IMG/VR virus record: IMGVR_UViG_3300046820_000495
Location: 11,203-75,202 of that record
Direction: 5' to 3' (one strand)
DNA length: 64,000 bases
DNA from: a virus
Part shown: positions 9,527 to 18,992 of the stretch, in pieces
Numbering within the stretch: the first letter of the stretch is position 1
How the letters are laid out: each line of letters opens with the position of its first letter
Program-made: the position numbers and the translations under genes
Notes under the pieces: model-generated
Told to the model about the DNA's origin: nothing
The model's database searches: none
The model's input: only the letters and a program-made list of their open reading frames with translations

Positions 9527-10054
9527 TTAGCCTTCATATGTAGCAGAGTTAGCACCATGTTCAAACACTTCTACACTTTTAACTCTTACAGTTGGATTAA
9601 TTGGATATCGCATGTCGCCACTTGCAATTAGCTCTGCCATTTTATCAAACGCCATTTTAGCAAACATTTCGCAACCTACACCTGGTACAATGCGTAGATC
9701 ACAAATACCTTGTCGGCGATATGGTTCTACTTGTACACGTTCTGCGTTATCATCATGCTCTGGATTTGAGCTCCAGCCTGACATTAGTTTAAAACGATCT
9801 AACATTGGATCATCTTCGGCAACAACCAAAGTGTGATCAAACATGTGATCTGCCCATGCTTTGAACTCTTTGAGACCACCAAAATCCATACACCAGTTCT
9901 TGTCATCTAGTGTGTCGCATTCAAAAATTAGTTTGATGCCAATTGAATAACCATGTAGCGTGGAACAGTGGCTGTGTGTGGCTCTCCACTGCCTGAAACA
10001 GCAACTCAGACCTCTGTCGTTGCCGTATGTTTTTGTTGAATAAAATTTTGCCAT
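9527..10054 (-). CDS. queD: 6-carboxytetrahydropterin synthase QueD/PTPS family
   Basis: HCSTLHGYS, MDFGGLK, FDHT, GCEMFA, VEVFEH motifs. Confidence 0.88.
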   Translation of the reverse strand: MAKFYSTKTYGNDRGLSCCFRQWRATHSHCSTLHGYSIGIKLIFECDTLDDKNWCMDFGGLKEFKAWADHMFDHTLVVAEDDPMLDRFKLMSGWSSNPEHDDNAERVQVEPYRRQGICDLRIVPGVGCEMFAKMAFDKMAELIASGDMRYPINPTVRVKSVEVFEHGANSATYEG

Positions 10055-10078
10055 TGTTGTTTTTCCTTTGTTAACAAT

Positions 10079-10123
10079 GGCATGCAGAATTTGTATAGCG
10101 GGATGAATGCCGAAGAGACCGCT
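10079..10123 (-). ncRNA. preQ1-I-like riboswitch candidate in the queD leader
   Basis: AGCGG/CCGCU stem, loop ending UCAUC, A-rich tail AUACAAA, possible pseudoknot GGCAU/AUGCC; directly upstream of queD and directly after a TAAATA promoter (10129-10134). Confidence 0.6.
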
Positions 10124-10142
10124 GTTGATATTTATTAAGTGT

Positions 10143-10727
10143 TTAACGTGTCTGTAACTCGTTAATGCCTAATGCTTTGAAAGAACGTTGGACACCAACC
10201 AGTTGGCTCCAACAGTCCCATAAGGCATGATGCGCGGCACCTTGTGGACGTTGCAGTCCGGGTACTAATGCATACAATGTGCGAGCATCACGTGCCTGCC
10301 AATAACTCCAAGCTACACCACGCTTGAGTTCTCTGCTAAAGTGTTCGAGGATGTTTAAGTCAAAGCCTGTGCCGTTGGCCCAAATGGCATCAACACCGCC
10401 ACACCAACGATGGAAGTCTTGTAGTACATTACGTATGTCATGGCGGTCATCTTCTGCAAATGCTTCTCCACGAACTTCTTCGCTTTGCCGGCCCCACCAT
10501 GCTAGTGTGTCATCATCAATGACATGATCGAGGCCTTCAAAGCTTTCAAAACTTACACGACGATAAAACGTATCCATCTTTTCCATTGGATTGTTTGTAT
10601 CTTCTGCCCAGGGATTGAAACGAATAGCACCAATAGTAAGCATTAAACTGTTTGGTTTAGTGCCAAGTGTTTCCAAGTCAACCATGATATGATTGCCTGG
10701 TTTATAAAAGTTCATTTCATTTGCCAT
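10143..10727 (-). CDS. DEDDh 3'-5' exonuclease (Rv2179c/ExoVIII-like)
   Basis: MVDLETLG, WANGTGFD, RDARTL, HHALWD. Confidence 0.88.
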   Translation of the reverse strand: MANEMNFYKPGNHIMVDLETLGTKPNSLMLTIGAIRFNPWAEDTNNPMEKMDTFYRRVSFESFEGLDHVIDDDTLAWWGRQSEEVRGEAFAEDDRHDIRNVLQDFHRWCGGVDAIWANGTGFDLNILEHFSRELKRGVAWSYWQARDARTLYALVPGLQRPQGAAHHALWDCWSQLVGVQRSFKALGINELQTR

Positions 10728-10896
10728 CGGTAACTTCTGCTTTCCTTAAAGACCATGTACCATTGTTATTGTCAGTCCAGCTTAGTGTATCGCCCTCTGC
10801 CCAACCTGCTTCTTTAAGCAAATCTTCTGGCAAAGGCAAAATCAACTCTTCTGGATTGTCGGGATTTTCTTCAACTGTGATAGTCCAAGATTTCAT
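10717..10896 (-). CDS. AbrB/MazE-like small protein (59 aa, not in ORF track)
   Basis: MKSWTITVEE...ELILPLPEDLLKEAGWAEGDTLSW. Confidence 0.65.
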   Translation of the reverse strand: MKSWTITVEENPDNPEELILPLPEDLLKEAGWAEGDTLSWTDNNNGTWSLRKAEVTDGK

Positions 10897-11117
10897 TTTA
10901 TTACATTTCCGTTAAAGTCTTTGGTCGCTAGCATATCGGGAACCTTTGCTGCCAAGCGTGTTAATTCGTTTTGACTGGGATGATGTCGCATGATCCAGCG
11001 AGCCCGTTCTCTTACATCACCAGGCACTCTGGGTGTAACTTGCGGAATCAACAAGTCTTCAATTAGTTTTAAACCTTCTACCATGGCGCGGTAGCGTTCA
11101 TCAGGCATAGTCATCAT
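10893..11117 (-). CDS. Hypothetical protein
   Basis: MTMPDERYRA...TPRVP...RHHP. Confidence 0.65.
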   Translation of the reverse strand: MMTMPDERYRAMVEGLKLIEDLLIPQVTPRVPGDVRERARWIMRHHPSQNELTRLAAKVPDMLATKDFNGNVIK

Positions 11118-11295
11118 TGTCTCCGATCGTTGTAAATTCCGGCACGTCAATCCAGGCAGTCCATATCGTTGTTTTTATAAACGAGTTTGTCTTAGGATCA
11201 ATGCCACTATAGTCAGTGCCATTTTGCATGTTTCTATATTGTAACACACGATTGCTACCTTTTACAAGCCAGCGTAATTCCGTTTTCAAGTCCAT
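11101..11295 (-). CDS. Hypothetical protein
   Basis: Operon packing. Confidence 0.55.
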   Translation of the reverse strand: MDLKTELRWLVKGSNRVLQYRNMQNGTDYSGIDPKTNSFIKTTIWTAWIDVPEFTTIGDNDDYA

Positions 11296-12119
11296 AGTGC
11301 ATCTTTGATCTTAATAAGACGAATCATCATTGCTTCATCTTCTTTGGCATAGGCCTTTTCGATTCGTTGAAGTTCTTTATGAGCCTTGTTACTTGCTTTT
11401 TTAACAGCAGGGTCTTTTTCAACACCCCAGTTTAACTTGCCACCGTTGGCAACACGACTTGCTTCACAGGCCGCAGTCCAACCACTGGCTTCATATGGGT
11501 CAGGACGATTACGGTATGTAGTGGTCCACCACAAGTACAATTCTTTGATTTCTTTTGCGGCAAGTGCCTGGCTAGTTGGCACTGCTTCGCCTTTCTTACC
11601 TTCTTCTAGCCATTCTTCGTTGGTCAGCGTCATTGCCCAATCAAGATGGTCGAGCCCAGCGGCCGGACTGCGCCAGGTTCTCCAGCGGAACCATCCTGTT
11701 GCCCAGAATGGGGGGTTGTACTTTGCACGGTCTTCTGAAGATCCCCAAGCGACATGGGACCAAGCGGTTTCAATCTCAACGAAATCAACAAGCTCATTGA
11801 AGAGGCAAGGTAAAAAGCGATTACCAACGTCACACCAGTTTCCGGGCTTAATATCCCGGGCATGAGCAGTAAGAGCATGGCTACGAGTAACATAGCGATT
11901 ATTAATATAGTACTTAAGATCATAAAGCTTATCTGTAGGGTAGTAGACAATTGTCTGAAGGATGTCTAAGCCTTCTTCTGCCAACCAGTAGCGAAAGTTG
12001 TGTTTCATTTGGGCTTGAGTAGTCCACTCATCCCATTCTTCAGCTGTACCGGCACTGAGTTTTTCAGTGCCGCGAATCCAATCAGCAAATTTGCTACATG
12101 TCCAGTAATGACTTCTCAT
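11286..12119 (-). CDS. Hypothetical Trp-rich protein
   Basis: 277 aa ORF. Confidence 0.75.
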   Translation of the reverse strand: MRSHYWTCSKFADWIRGTEKLSAGTAEEWDEWTTQAQMKHNFRYWLAEEGLDILQTIVYYPTDKLYDLKYYINNRYVTRSHALTAHARDIKPGNWCDVGNRFLPCLFNELVDFVEIETAWSHVAWGSSEDRAKYNPPFWATGWFRWRTWRSPAAGLDHLDWAMTLTNEEWLEEGKKGEAVPTSQALAAKEIKELYLWWTTTYRNRPDPYEASGWTAACEASRVANGGKLNWGVEKDPAVKKASNKAHKELQRIEKAYAKEDEAMMIRLIKIKDALWT

Positions 12120-12262
12120 TCTTTAACTCCAGTTAATGGTTTGTCGGGTCTGTTAATACAGTACTCGCAGGCAGGATCATTGCACTTGTCTTCTACCCAC
12201 TCGTTAGTTTTGGCATTGTAATAAGTGTCATACTCTTCAGAATACACAATGTCTTCGTTCAT
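12116..12262 (-). CDS. Small Cys-containing protein (48 aa, not in ORF track)
   Basis: MNEDIVYSEEYDTYY...KCNDPACEYCINRP; ATGA overlaps at both ends. Confidence 0.65.
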   Translation of the reverse strand: MNEDIVYSEEYDTYYNAKTNEWVEDKCNDPACEYCINRPDKPLTGVKE

Positions 12263-12714
12263 TCTTCTACCTTGTTAATTGTAACACCTGCTTGCTTTAA
12301 AAAAGCAATGCCTGCTTCGCTTCTGTAATTATCACGATAAAACACTTGTTTAATACCACTTTGGTATATCAACTTAGCGCACTCGATACATGGTGCATGG
12401 GTAACAAAGATTACTGCATTTTCAGATGACTCTGGGCTACGTGCTACCTTCGCAATAGCATTTGCCTCTGCATGAATAACTTCGGGTTTGGTTTTGAGTT
12501 CTTTTATCTCTCGCTGTGGTACTCCGTCAACTATGGCAACAACAACTTCTTCTTCACAGTTGTTGTCCCAACCTGCAGGCATACCATTGTAACCAATGCT
12601 GATAATTCTGTCATCTTTGACCACAATAGCACCTACTTGAAGTCGTCGTGCTGTACTAAGACGGGCATACGTGCCAGCTACTTCCATATGTGCTTTGATA
12701 TATTTTGGTTTCAT
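12259..12714 (-). CDS. dCMP deaminase
   Basis: GYNG, HAEANA, PCIEC. Confidence 0.92.
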   Translation of the reverse strand: MKPKYIKAHMEVAGTYARLSTARRLQVGAIVVKDDRIISIGYNGMPAGWDNNCEEEVVVAIVDGVPQREIKELKTKPEVIHAEANAIAKVARSPESSENAVIFVTHAPCIECAKLIYQSGIKQVFYRDNYRSEAGIAFLKQAGVTINKVEE

Positions 12715-12720
12715 ACCATA

Positions 12721-12749
12721 AGTATAACACTATTGTAAAGGAAAGTCAA
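12721..12749 (-). promoter_or_regulatory. sigma70 promoter (leaderless) overlapping a divergent TAAGTA late-type element
   Basis: TTGACT-17-TATACT, then 6 nt to ATG; TAAGTA on + strand at 12719-12724. Confidence 0.75.
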
Positions 12750-13339
12750 TGGAAATAGTTTTTATTCACGGAGCCAATGCATCCAATGTGTCCTGGAACT
12801 GGGCCGGTTCTCAGATTAAAAATCATACCAGACTCCCCTGGGGTATGATGACTGATCCAGACGATAACTTAACAGATATGGAACTTGCCTTGCCTGAAAG
12901 GTGCATTGTAGTTGGTCATAGTATGGGTGGTCTTTATGCTTGGCATTTGGCAAACCGAAACCCAGGTAAAGTAGTAGCAGGTATTAGTATTGCTACTCCA
13001 TGGGGAGGTTCAATGCAAGCTAGCCTTTGGAAGATGGTCAATGTAAACATACCCTGGCTTAGAATGATAAGCAGAATGGAACCATGGACTGCTGAAACAA
13101 GATTGCTAGAAGCACCTGTGCCCTGGACTAATGTTGTATGTACACACGGATTTGACTTATTTGGAGTTGGTCCAAACGATGGTGTTGTCACTGTACAAAG
13201 CCAACGTGAATTATTTGGACCTGCAAAAGAAATAACTCTGGACTATGGGCACAATACTGTGCTTCAAAGTACAGAGTTAGTGGACATCGTACAGACTGTT
13301 AGTCGTCGTTCTTCGCGCCAAACAGTTGCAGTAAGTTAA
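12749..13339 (+). CDS. Alpha/beta hydrolase
   Basis: FIHG, GHSMGG nucleophile elbow, NDGVV, C-terminal His. Confidence 0.88.
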   Translation: MEIVFIHGANASNVSWNWAGSQIKNHTRLPWGMMTDPDDNLTDMELALPERCIVVGHSMGGLYAWHLANRNPGKVVAGISIATPWGGSMQASLWKMVNVNIPWLRMISRMEPWTAETRLLEAPVPWTNVVCTHGFDLFGVGPNDGVVTVQSQRELFGPAKEITLDYGHNTVLQSTELVDIVQTVSRRSSRQTVAVS

Positions 13340-13997
13340 TAAAAATATTGATAAAGTCCATGTAGAGTGTTAGTGCTCCGCGGATTTCTGCAATACCATC
13401 TGTTTCTAAGCTAACCTCTTCTCGGATTTGTTGCGTATCATAAGCAGTCAATCCAAGGAAGATGATAATGGCCAAGGCACTGATAACCATTTGCAATACG
13501 CTACTGCCAATAAAGAGGTTAACAATACTGGCAATAATGATAGCAATTAACCCAACAAACATAAACTTGCCAACGCTGTCTAAACTACGTTTGGTAAAGT
13601 AGCCATAACCACTCATAACACCAAACAAAATTGCCGCACCCATAAAGGCACTAACAATACTACCCATGGTAAAGATAGCAAAGATTGTGGCAAAGCTCAA
13701 TCCCATAAGTGCCGCGAATCCATGTAAGCATAACTGAGCAGTACTCTTAGTAGGACTTGCATTTAACACAAAGGTGACACCAAAGATGGCAACCAAGGGT
13801 GCAAAAATTACAATCCATTTCATTACACCTGTAAAAAAGAATTGTAGCAACTCTGGGCTAGTGCCAACAAAGTAACTGACAATCATTGATACAACGACTG
13901 CAAGGCTCATGTGTCCGTAAACACGACCCATAGCAGAGTTAATTTCCTCTGCTGAACGATAAGGCAATTCGTTGCCTGTATAAGTTGTTCCAAACAT
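13299..13997 (-). CDS. Bax inhibitor-1/YccA family membrane protein
   Basis: About 7 TM segments; YDTQQI and ALTLYMDFINIF motifs. Confidence 0.9.
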   Translation of the reverse strand: MFGTTYTGNELPYRSAEEINSAMGRVYGHMSLAVVVSMIVSYFVGTSPELLQFFFTGVMKWIVIFAPLVAIFGVTFVLNASPTKSTAQLCLHGFAALMGLSFATIFAIFTMGSIVSAFMGAAILFGVMSGYGYFTKRSLDSVGKFMFVGLIAIIIASIVNLFIGSSVLQMVISALAIIIFLGLTAYDTQQIREEVSLETDGIAEIRGALTLYMDFINIFINLLQLFGAKNDD

Positions 13998-14000
13998 AAT

Positions 14001-14204
14001 TTACTCCTTAAAATATTTTTCAATCACTTCCAACTTGTCCATATATTCAGCAATCTGAGCTACTTCTTTTTCAATAGCTTCCATAATGTCCGAATGTTCA
14101 GGAATAGCAGTAGGATTTGCCAACATGACTTCTACATTGATACGATGTTTTTCAATATGCGCCTGATAGTGCAGTTTACTAGCTGTGATCAATTTTTGTC
14201 TCAT
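14001..14204 (-). CDS. Hypothetical protein
   Basis: NVEVMLANP...EHSDIMEAIE; SD AGGAG. Confidence 0.7.
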   Translation of the reverse strand: MRQKLITASKLHYQAHIEKHRINVEVMLANPTAIPEHSDIMEAIEKEVAQIAEYMDKLEVIEKYFKE

Positions 14205-14214
14205 TATTCACTCC

Positions 14215-14547
14215 TTAAATAATAACCGATTTCTCTCTTGTATATTTAAACAAATTACTGCCTTTCTCTCGCACCAAATCTGCTACTACTTGTGGTGAGC
14301 TTTCCCACATACTACGCATTTCTTCGTAGTCATAGTCCTCTGCTGTATCATACGCCCACACTTCGGGAAAACGTTGATGATTGACCCTGGCTCGCATAAT
14401 CATCATGTTAACACGTTGGCCGCCATGGTCTCTTGGTTTCTTGCCCGACAGTACAGCCAGCATGTCATCGCCTTTAAGGTCATCCCACGGAATGAGTGTA
14501 TCAACACCAAGTGTGTCAAATAGTACTATCCATTGTTTAGCCATCAT
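14215..14547 (-). CDS. Hypothetical protein
   Basis: SD GGAG before ATG. Confidence 0.65.
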   Translation of the reverse strand: MMAKQWIVLFDTLGVDTLIPWDDLKGDDMLAVLSGKKPRDHGGQRVNMMIMRARVNHQRFPEVWAYDTAEDYDYEEMRSMWESSPQVVADLVREKGSNLFKYTREKSVII

Positions 14548-14731
14548 TCTCTCCTGTTTCAAGAACCCAAAGTGCATGTTTCATGTTGTCAAAGTTTGAT
14601 ACACACGCTCTAAGAAGTGTTTGGCCGCTGTGTTCATCATACACACTGACCATTGGAATGTCATCTGCTCCTTTGATCAACAGCAACTGACGTGAATCAT
14701 AACTGGCAATTTGAGCAACATTATAAAACAT
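14537..14731 (-). CDS. Hypothetical protein
   Basis: Start reassigned; SD GAGGAG. Confidence 0.55.
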   Translation of the reverse strand: MFYNVAQIASYDSRQLLLIKGADDIPMVSVYDEHSGQTLLRACVSNFDNMKHALWVLETGENDG

Positions 14732-15026
14732 TTGCAGTCTCCTCTTTAGGTTCAACAATAACACCACGACGGTCCGGATAGCGTTTGCCAAAGTTGGCAT
14801 TTAAATCATCCATGTCTGTGCCTTGGCAAATAAACTCTTCGCTCATTGCATTGTAAGCAAAGACCTTATTGTCATGTTTTTCTATTCGCATAAACATAAT
14901 CTTGTCCATGACCAAGCGAATATCTTTTTCCATCTCTTTAATTTCACGATGCAGTCTTCGAGAATACAACCATACTCCCACAACAAGAACCATACAAAGT
15001 AAAAACCAAACTTCAAGACTTTCCAT
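14721..15026 (-). CDS. Hypothetical membrane-anchored protein
   Basis: N-terminal TM helix. Confidence 0.65.
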   Translation of the reverse strand: MESLEVWFLLCMVLVVGVWLYSRRLHREIKEMEKDIRLVMDKIMFMRIEKHDNKVFAYNAMSEEFICQGTDMDDLNANFGKRYPDRRGVIVEPKEETANVL

Positions 15027-15325
15027 TATACAGCCCGTACACTGATAACATTGTCAACACGGAAGCTACGCCACTCTTGTTTGTCTGTGCAGAACACACT
15101 CATGACTTCCGGCTTGGGTTCCTTCTTTTTCTTGCCGTCGGTAACTACTGCCTGTGGCAACAAATCGGGGTGTAGGGTGCAAGGCATTGTACGAACAGAG
15201 CCATCTACCTTGGTGAACTCCACAACCAACTCCTTATGATGCTTGAAGAAGTCGCTGAGAATGTTTCGGCGTTCTGTAAGATCAAAGATCTCTGTACTAA
15301 ACACCACTTCAATTTCGTCTGTCAT
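15026..15325 (-). CDS. WYL_2/SH3-like domain protein
   Basis: VEFTKVDGSVRTMPCTL...EWRSFRVDNV. Confidence 0.75.
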   Translation of the reverse strand: MTDEIEVVFSTEIFDLTERRNILSDFFKHHKELVVEFTKVDGSVRTMPCTLHPDLLPQAVVTDGKKKKEPKPEVMSVFCTDKQEWRSFRVDNVISVRAV

Positions 15326-15645
15326 TTCTGTTCCTTTACAATATTATATAACACATCAAATTCTTTTTTGGCTTCGGCTAGGTTTGGGTATTGTTTGCAA
15401 AGCTCTTTGATGGCTTCTTCCTCTGCCCTCATCTTTTCAAACCAAACAATCATCTCTCTTAGCTTGGGACCAACATTGATATTGGCCGTGCCTTGTGGCA
15501 TTGATTGTGCATTGCCATTTATATCAACAACCTTGTACTGCCTGGTGTCGGCGTACCAATAAACTGCTCCACTGGTGTAAGCACCATTGTTAAAGGAGGA
15601 TACTTCAAGTACGCCTGGATCAGAGCTTATAATGTAATCAATCAT
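15322..15645 (-). CDS. Hypothetical protein, leaderless
   Basis: Preceded by TTGAAA-17-TATAAT (15651-15679), 5 nt before ATG. Confidence 0.7.
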   Translation of the reverse strand: MIDYIISSDPGVLEVSSFNNGAYTSGAVYWYADTRQYKVVDINGNAQSMPQGTANINVGPKLREMIVWFEKMRAEEEAIKELCKQYPNLAEAKKEFDVLYNIVKEQK

Positions 15646-15667
15646 AGCTTATTATACACTAGTTTGT

Positions 15668-16225
15668 TTAGATTTTCAAGTGTTTAAAATACTCAAAATG
15701 CTTTTCAAGTGTCCATGTTTCAGGATCAACTGGCGTACCATCGTGAGTTTGGTAACTTGCTGTAAACACATTCGAGTACCGTTTGAATGGCAACCACATG
15801 TCTGGGGTATGGCTAGCCCAACCTGCATCTTTGAGGGCCATGTGTTTGGCTCGGCTCAACTTTACTGTAGGAACATTCAGTGCTTGTTCTACTGTAATGG
15901 CACCGGCCAACAACAAGTCTCGAACTCGTGCGGCCGGAATCAAATGCTCAAAGTCTGTGTCGGCATCAGCGCCAATCTCAATATAGTGTGCATCCATGCC
16001 ATCACGTTCTTCAATGCAGTACTTGTGATACCTACGCAGATAGTAATCCATGTCGTTACGTATTTCACGAAGCTTCTGTTGGTCATTGCGAGTTGTAATG
16101 TATTCGTCCTTGAGCTTGGCCAAATGCTGTTCACAATGCTCTGCTACTGTTTTATAGGTAGCAGGGCTTCGCTTGGTCTTGCCATACACAGGCGCTGTAA
16201 AGTTTTCTAGTAGTTCTTTTAACAT
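15668..16225 (-). CDS. Hypothetical protein, possible His-Me finger nuclease
   Basis: DFEHLIP motif and a downstream His. Confidence 0.5.
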   Translation of the reverse strand: MLKELLENFTAPVYGKTKRSPATYKTVAEHCEQHLAKLKDEYITTRNDQQKLREIRNDMDYYLRRYHKYCIEERDGMDAHYIEIGADADTDFEHLIPAARVRDLLLAGAITVEQALNVPTVKLSRAKHMALKDAGWASHTPDMWLPFKRYSNVFTASYQTHDGTPVDPETWTLEKHFEYFKHLKI

Positions 16226-16725
16226 TATTCAAACAACTCATTTATAATAGCAGAATTTTGTTTGGCCTGGACTTTACGTTTGGTTGACTTTTCGTTGTTG
16301 CCAACTGGAGCATGACCAGATAGTTCAATGTGATTGCCAATAAGTTGCGATTCTATGCGTTCACACTTTGCTCGCATCTCAGACTGAGAAAGACTATTGT
16401 CAGTTTGGTCCCAAGCCAAAACAGAAACATTCATGCGAGTCAACGGCACACCGTATAACTTTTCATAGTCCTCGGCAACTTTTTGCATTGTCATACCACT
16501 AGAACTGTAAGGCATTGGTTTACCCCATCCATTTAGATTTGCCGCTTGTCTGTAAACTCTTTCGCCGGGTAGATGACCAGGAGACCATTGGATTCCATAT
16601 TTGATTACACGACCGTAATTATCAACAAACGCATAATTGTAAGTTTGTATGTTGCTTACCTTAAAACTTTTAAGAAGCTGTGCTGGGTCATATAACTCCC
16701 AAAGATCAATTTTAATATATTTCAT
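16225..16725 (-). CDS. GIY-YIG-like nuclease
   Basis: YNYAF...IKYGI...RVYRQ...ESQLI...PVGN pattern. Confidence 0.5.
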   Translation of the reverse strand: MKYIKIDLWELYDPAQLLKSFKVSNIQTYNYAFVDNYGRVIKYGIQWSPGHLPGERVYRQAANLNGWGKPMPYSSSGMTMQKVAEDYEKLYGVPLTRMNVSVLAWDQTDNSLSQSEMRAKCERIESQLIGNHIELSGHAPVGNNEKSTKRKVQAKQNSAIINELFE

Positions 16726-17768
16726 TTTGTTTCCTCCGGAATCAATCCATCAGCAATATTGCCTTCTTCGATACCAATTTTAGAACCTGCGCCATGATAC
16801 GGCAAGTTAAGTTTACCACCATTGCAAATGTGCATCTCCCTTAGGAAGTTGCTCATTGCTTCTGGGGCACTCCAACTAGCACCCGGACGAACATGTGCCC
16901 ATTGTACCTTGGCTTTAGAATGTACAAGGCCAGCACTCTTAAAAGTTTTCTTAACACTTTCAAGTAATGTCCTCATCCAACCGTTTGGTAAACTTGCAGC
17001 CTCTGCTTTAGAAAGCTTGTGCAATTCCAGTAGCCCAATGTAAACACCTTGGTCGATTTCTTCACCAATGGGAAATACTTCTTTAATTGTAGTGAGTATC
17101 TCTAACAGTACTTTGCCCTTCTCGTCCACCTCAATGCCTTTTTGTGCATATTTAAAGTGACTAAAGAAATAATCATTTTCACCACGTAGATTGTCGCTAT
17201 TGCGACTACCTTTGTCTTGCAAGTCAACACCTGCTGTGTCAAACTGGTCTTGCATGGTCTTTGCGGCAACAACCTTTTTGTCACGGCTACCATTCTTATA
17301 ACGCACCAATGCATTACGATGCAAGTCCCCGGGAGTCAGACGCTTAACACCTGTATCGTTTAACAATTCAAACGCATAGCTGGCAAAGTTTGGATCTGTA
17401 GTGTCAACAATAGCACAAGGCACTTGCGTATAGCCAAGCAATGCGGCTGAAAGTGTGCGGTGTTGTGCATCATACAAATAAATCTTGCCGTTAATGCGGC
17501 AAGCAGAGCCTGGGCTACAAACTCGTGGGTCCCATTTCTTCATAATGTTCATAACGTGCTTGTGAATAACATCACGTTGTACCTCATAGTCAATCCATAG
17601 ATCTTCAATTTCGACCATGGTGCTATGTGGGAATGAATGGACTAGAGCTTTAGCACGGGCTCGCCATGCTTCCAAGTCCTTATCGGTAACTTCGTAGTGC
17701 GCTTTAAGTTGACGTTCAACTTCGGATACGACGTCGGTGAACTTACGGGTGAGTCGTTTGACTGCCAT
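16722..17768 (-). CDS. ParB/Srx-like domain protein
   Basis: IDYEVQRD...YLYDAQHRTL (DGQHR-like)...FELLN. Confidence 0.65.
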   Translation of the reverse strand: MAVKRLTRKFTDVVSEVERQLKAHYEVTDKDLEAWRARAKALVHSFPHSTMVEIEDLWIDYEVQRDVIHKHVMNIMKKWDPRVCSPGSACRINGKIYLYDAQHRTLSAALLGYTQVPCAIVDTTDPNFASYAFELLNDTGVKRLTPGDLHRNALVRYKNGSRDKKVVAAKTMQDQFDTAGVDLQDKGSRNSDNLRGENDYFFSHFKYAQKGIEVDEKGKVLLEILTTIKEVFPIGEEIDQGVYIGLLELHKLSKAEAASLPNGWMRTLLESVKKTFKSAGLVHSKAKVQWAHVRPGASWSAPEAMSNFLREMHICNGGKLNLPYHGAGSKIGIEEGNIADGLIPEETK

Positions 17769-17782
17769 TTCTTTCTCTCCTT

Positions 17783-17847
17783 CTTTACCCGACACAATGC
17801 GGGATTGGTAAAGTATATATTTTACAAGTTTATAAGGTACCTGTCAA
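17783..17847 (-). promoter_or_regulatory. sigma70 promoter plus leader hairpin for the ParB-like operon
   Basis: TTGACA-17-TAAAAT; CTTTACC...GGTAAAG stem before SD AGGAG. Confidence 0.7.
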
Positions 17848-17855
17848 CCTTAGAA

Positions 17856-18293
17856 TTACCAACTTGCGCGGTAGTAAAAGTCCCATCCTGTCCATTCTTT
17901 AGACAAGATGTCCTCCAAGCGTCTTTTGGTCCGAACTAAGTCTTCCCAATACCATTCATCTACATCTTTGCTACCAAAAAAGAAACCCGACTGTGGCGGA
18001 AGCAGTTCCATAGCCTTCTTACGGTCCACAAGAACTTCATTGATGACTGCCAACAAGGCTTCGATGTGTTTACGTTCAACCCACGACTCTTGACATTCGT
18101 CCATACCATCTTGCACGTTATCCACAAACCATTTATGGATTGCATTTGACTTGCGCCAGTACATGAGTTCTGCTGTGATTTCTTTAACACGAGCATCGCC
18201 AAGTTCAGGGAATACTTCACCTACCTTGCCTGCAAGTTCATCTTCGCTGTGCCAAAGAAAACGTTTGGCATTCAAGTACATGTCTAAGCCCAC
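17856..18293 (-). CDS. Hypothetical phage protein
   Basis: (M)GLDMYL...YWRKSNAIHKWF...LPPQSGFFFGS...YRASW; GTG start after AGGAG. Confidence 0.75.
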   Translation of the reverse strand: MGLDMYLNAKRFLWHSEDELAGKVGEVFPELGDARVKEITAELMYWRKSNAIHKWFVDNVQDGMDECQESWVERKHIEALLAVINEVLVDRKKAMELLPPQSGFFFGSKDVDEWYWEDLVRTKRRLEDILSKEWTGWDFYYRASW

Positions 18294-18571
18294 GGCCATC
18301 TCCTTAGGATTGTAATACAATTAGAATAAAGAATATCAATGCCATCCATGGATGCCCAGTCAAGAGCAAACATGTAAAAGCAAATATGCCTGCCATATTA
18401 TGAATTGCAAGTAGCAAAAGGGCTCAGGTCTTCTGCACGTGGTGCAACCCAGGCTCGAACCACTGCTTCAAGATCAGCAAAGTTATAGTTCACTGGCGCA
18501 GGGCGAACACGTGAACGCTGATCGTGTGCTGTGTTTTTTTCGCGGTTGGTAAGAGTTGACATGATGTTTCC

Positions 18572-18766
18572 TTAGAGTGATTTAATATGATTAATAACTT
18601 GGTTTGCTTCTGCGTAACCAGAGTCTTCTAGCATTTGATCTTCATTCATTTCTGCTAGCATCTTCCTGGCTATCATTTCTAGGTCTTTTGTAGTTAACGG
18701 GCCACTCAGTTTGTATGCCTGCACCCAACGAACCTTGTAGCCTTTGAATGGATCATTGTCTTCCAT
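18572..18766 (-). CDS. Hypothetical protein
   Basis: Operon packing. Confidence 0.55.
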   Translation of the reverse strand: MEDNDPFKGYKVRWVQAYKLSGPLTTKDLEMIARKMLAEMNEDQMLEDSGYAEANQVINHIKSL

Positions 18767-18767
18767 A

Positions 18768-18992
18768 TTAGTCCTTGGATGAAACTGACAGCTTGAAGAA
18801 GATGTTTACAAGAATCATCAAGCCCCAGGCCTGCAACCAAGAGATTTCGTTGATGCCTGTGACTGCAGGAACTAAACAACCGTTCCACAGCAACATCACA
18901 GGGAAGCTAAAAACTGCACCAACGATTGCACCAAACAGGATGACACCTGCAATAATGCCAACGGCACTGGGGCGACCATTAAGAGTAAGCAT
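18768..18992 (-). CDS. Small membrane protein
   Basis: Two hydrophobic segments; MLLWN...ISWLQAWGL. Confidence 0.65.
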   Translation of the reverse strand: MLTLNGRPSAVGIIAGVILFGAIVGAVFSFPVMLLWNGCLVPAVTGINEISWLQAWGLMILVNIFFKLSVSSKD

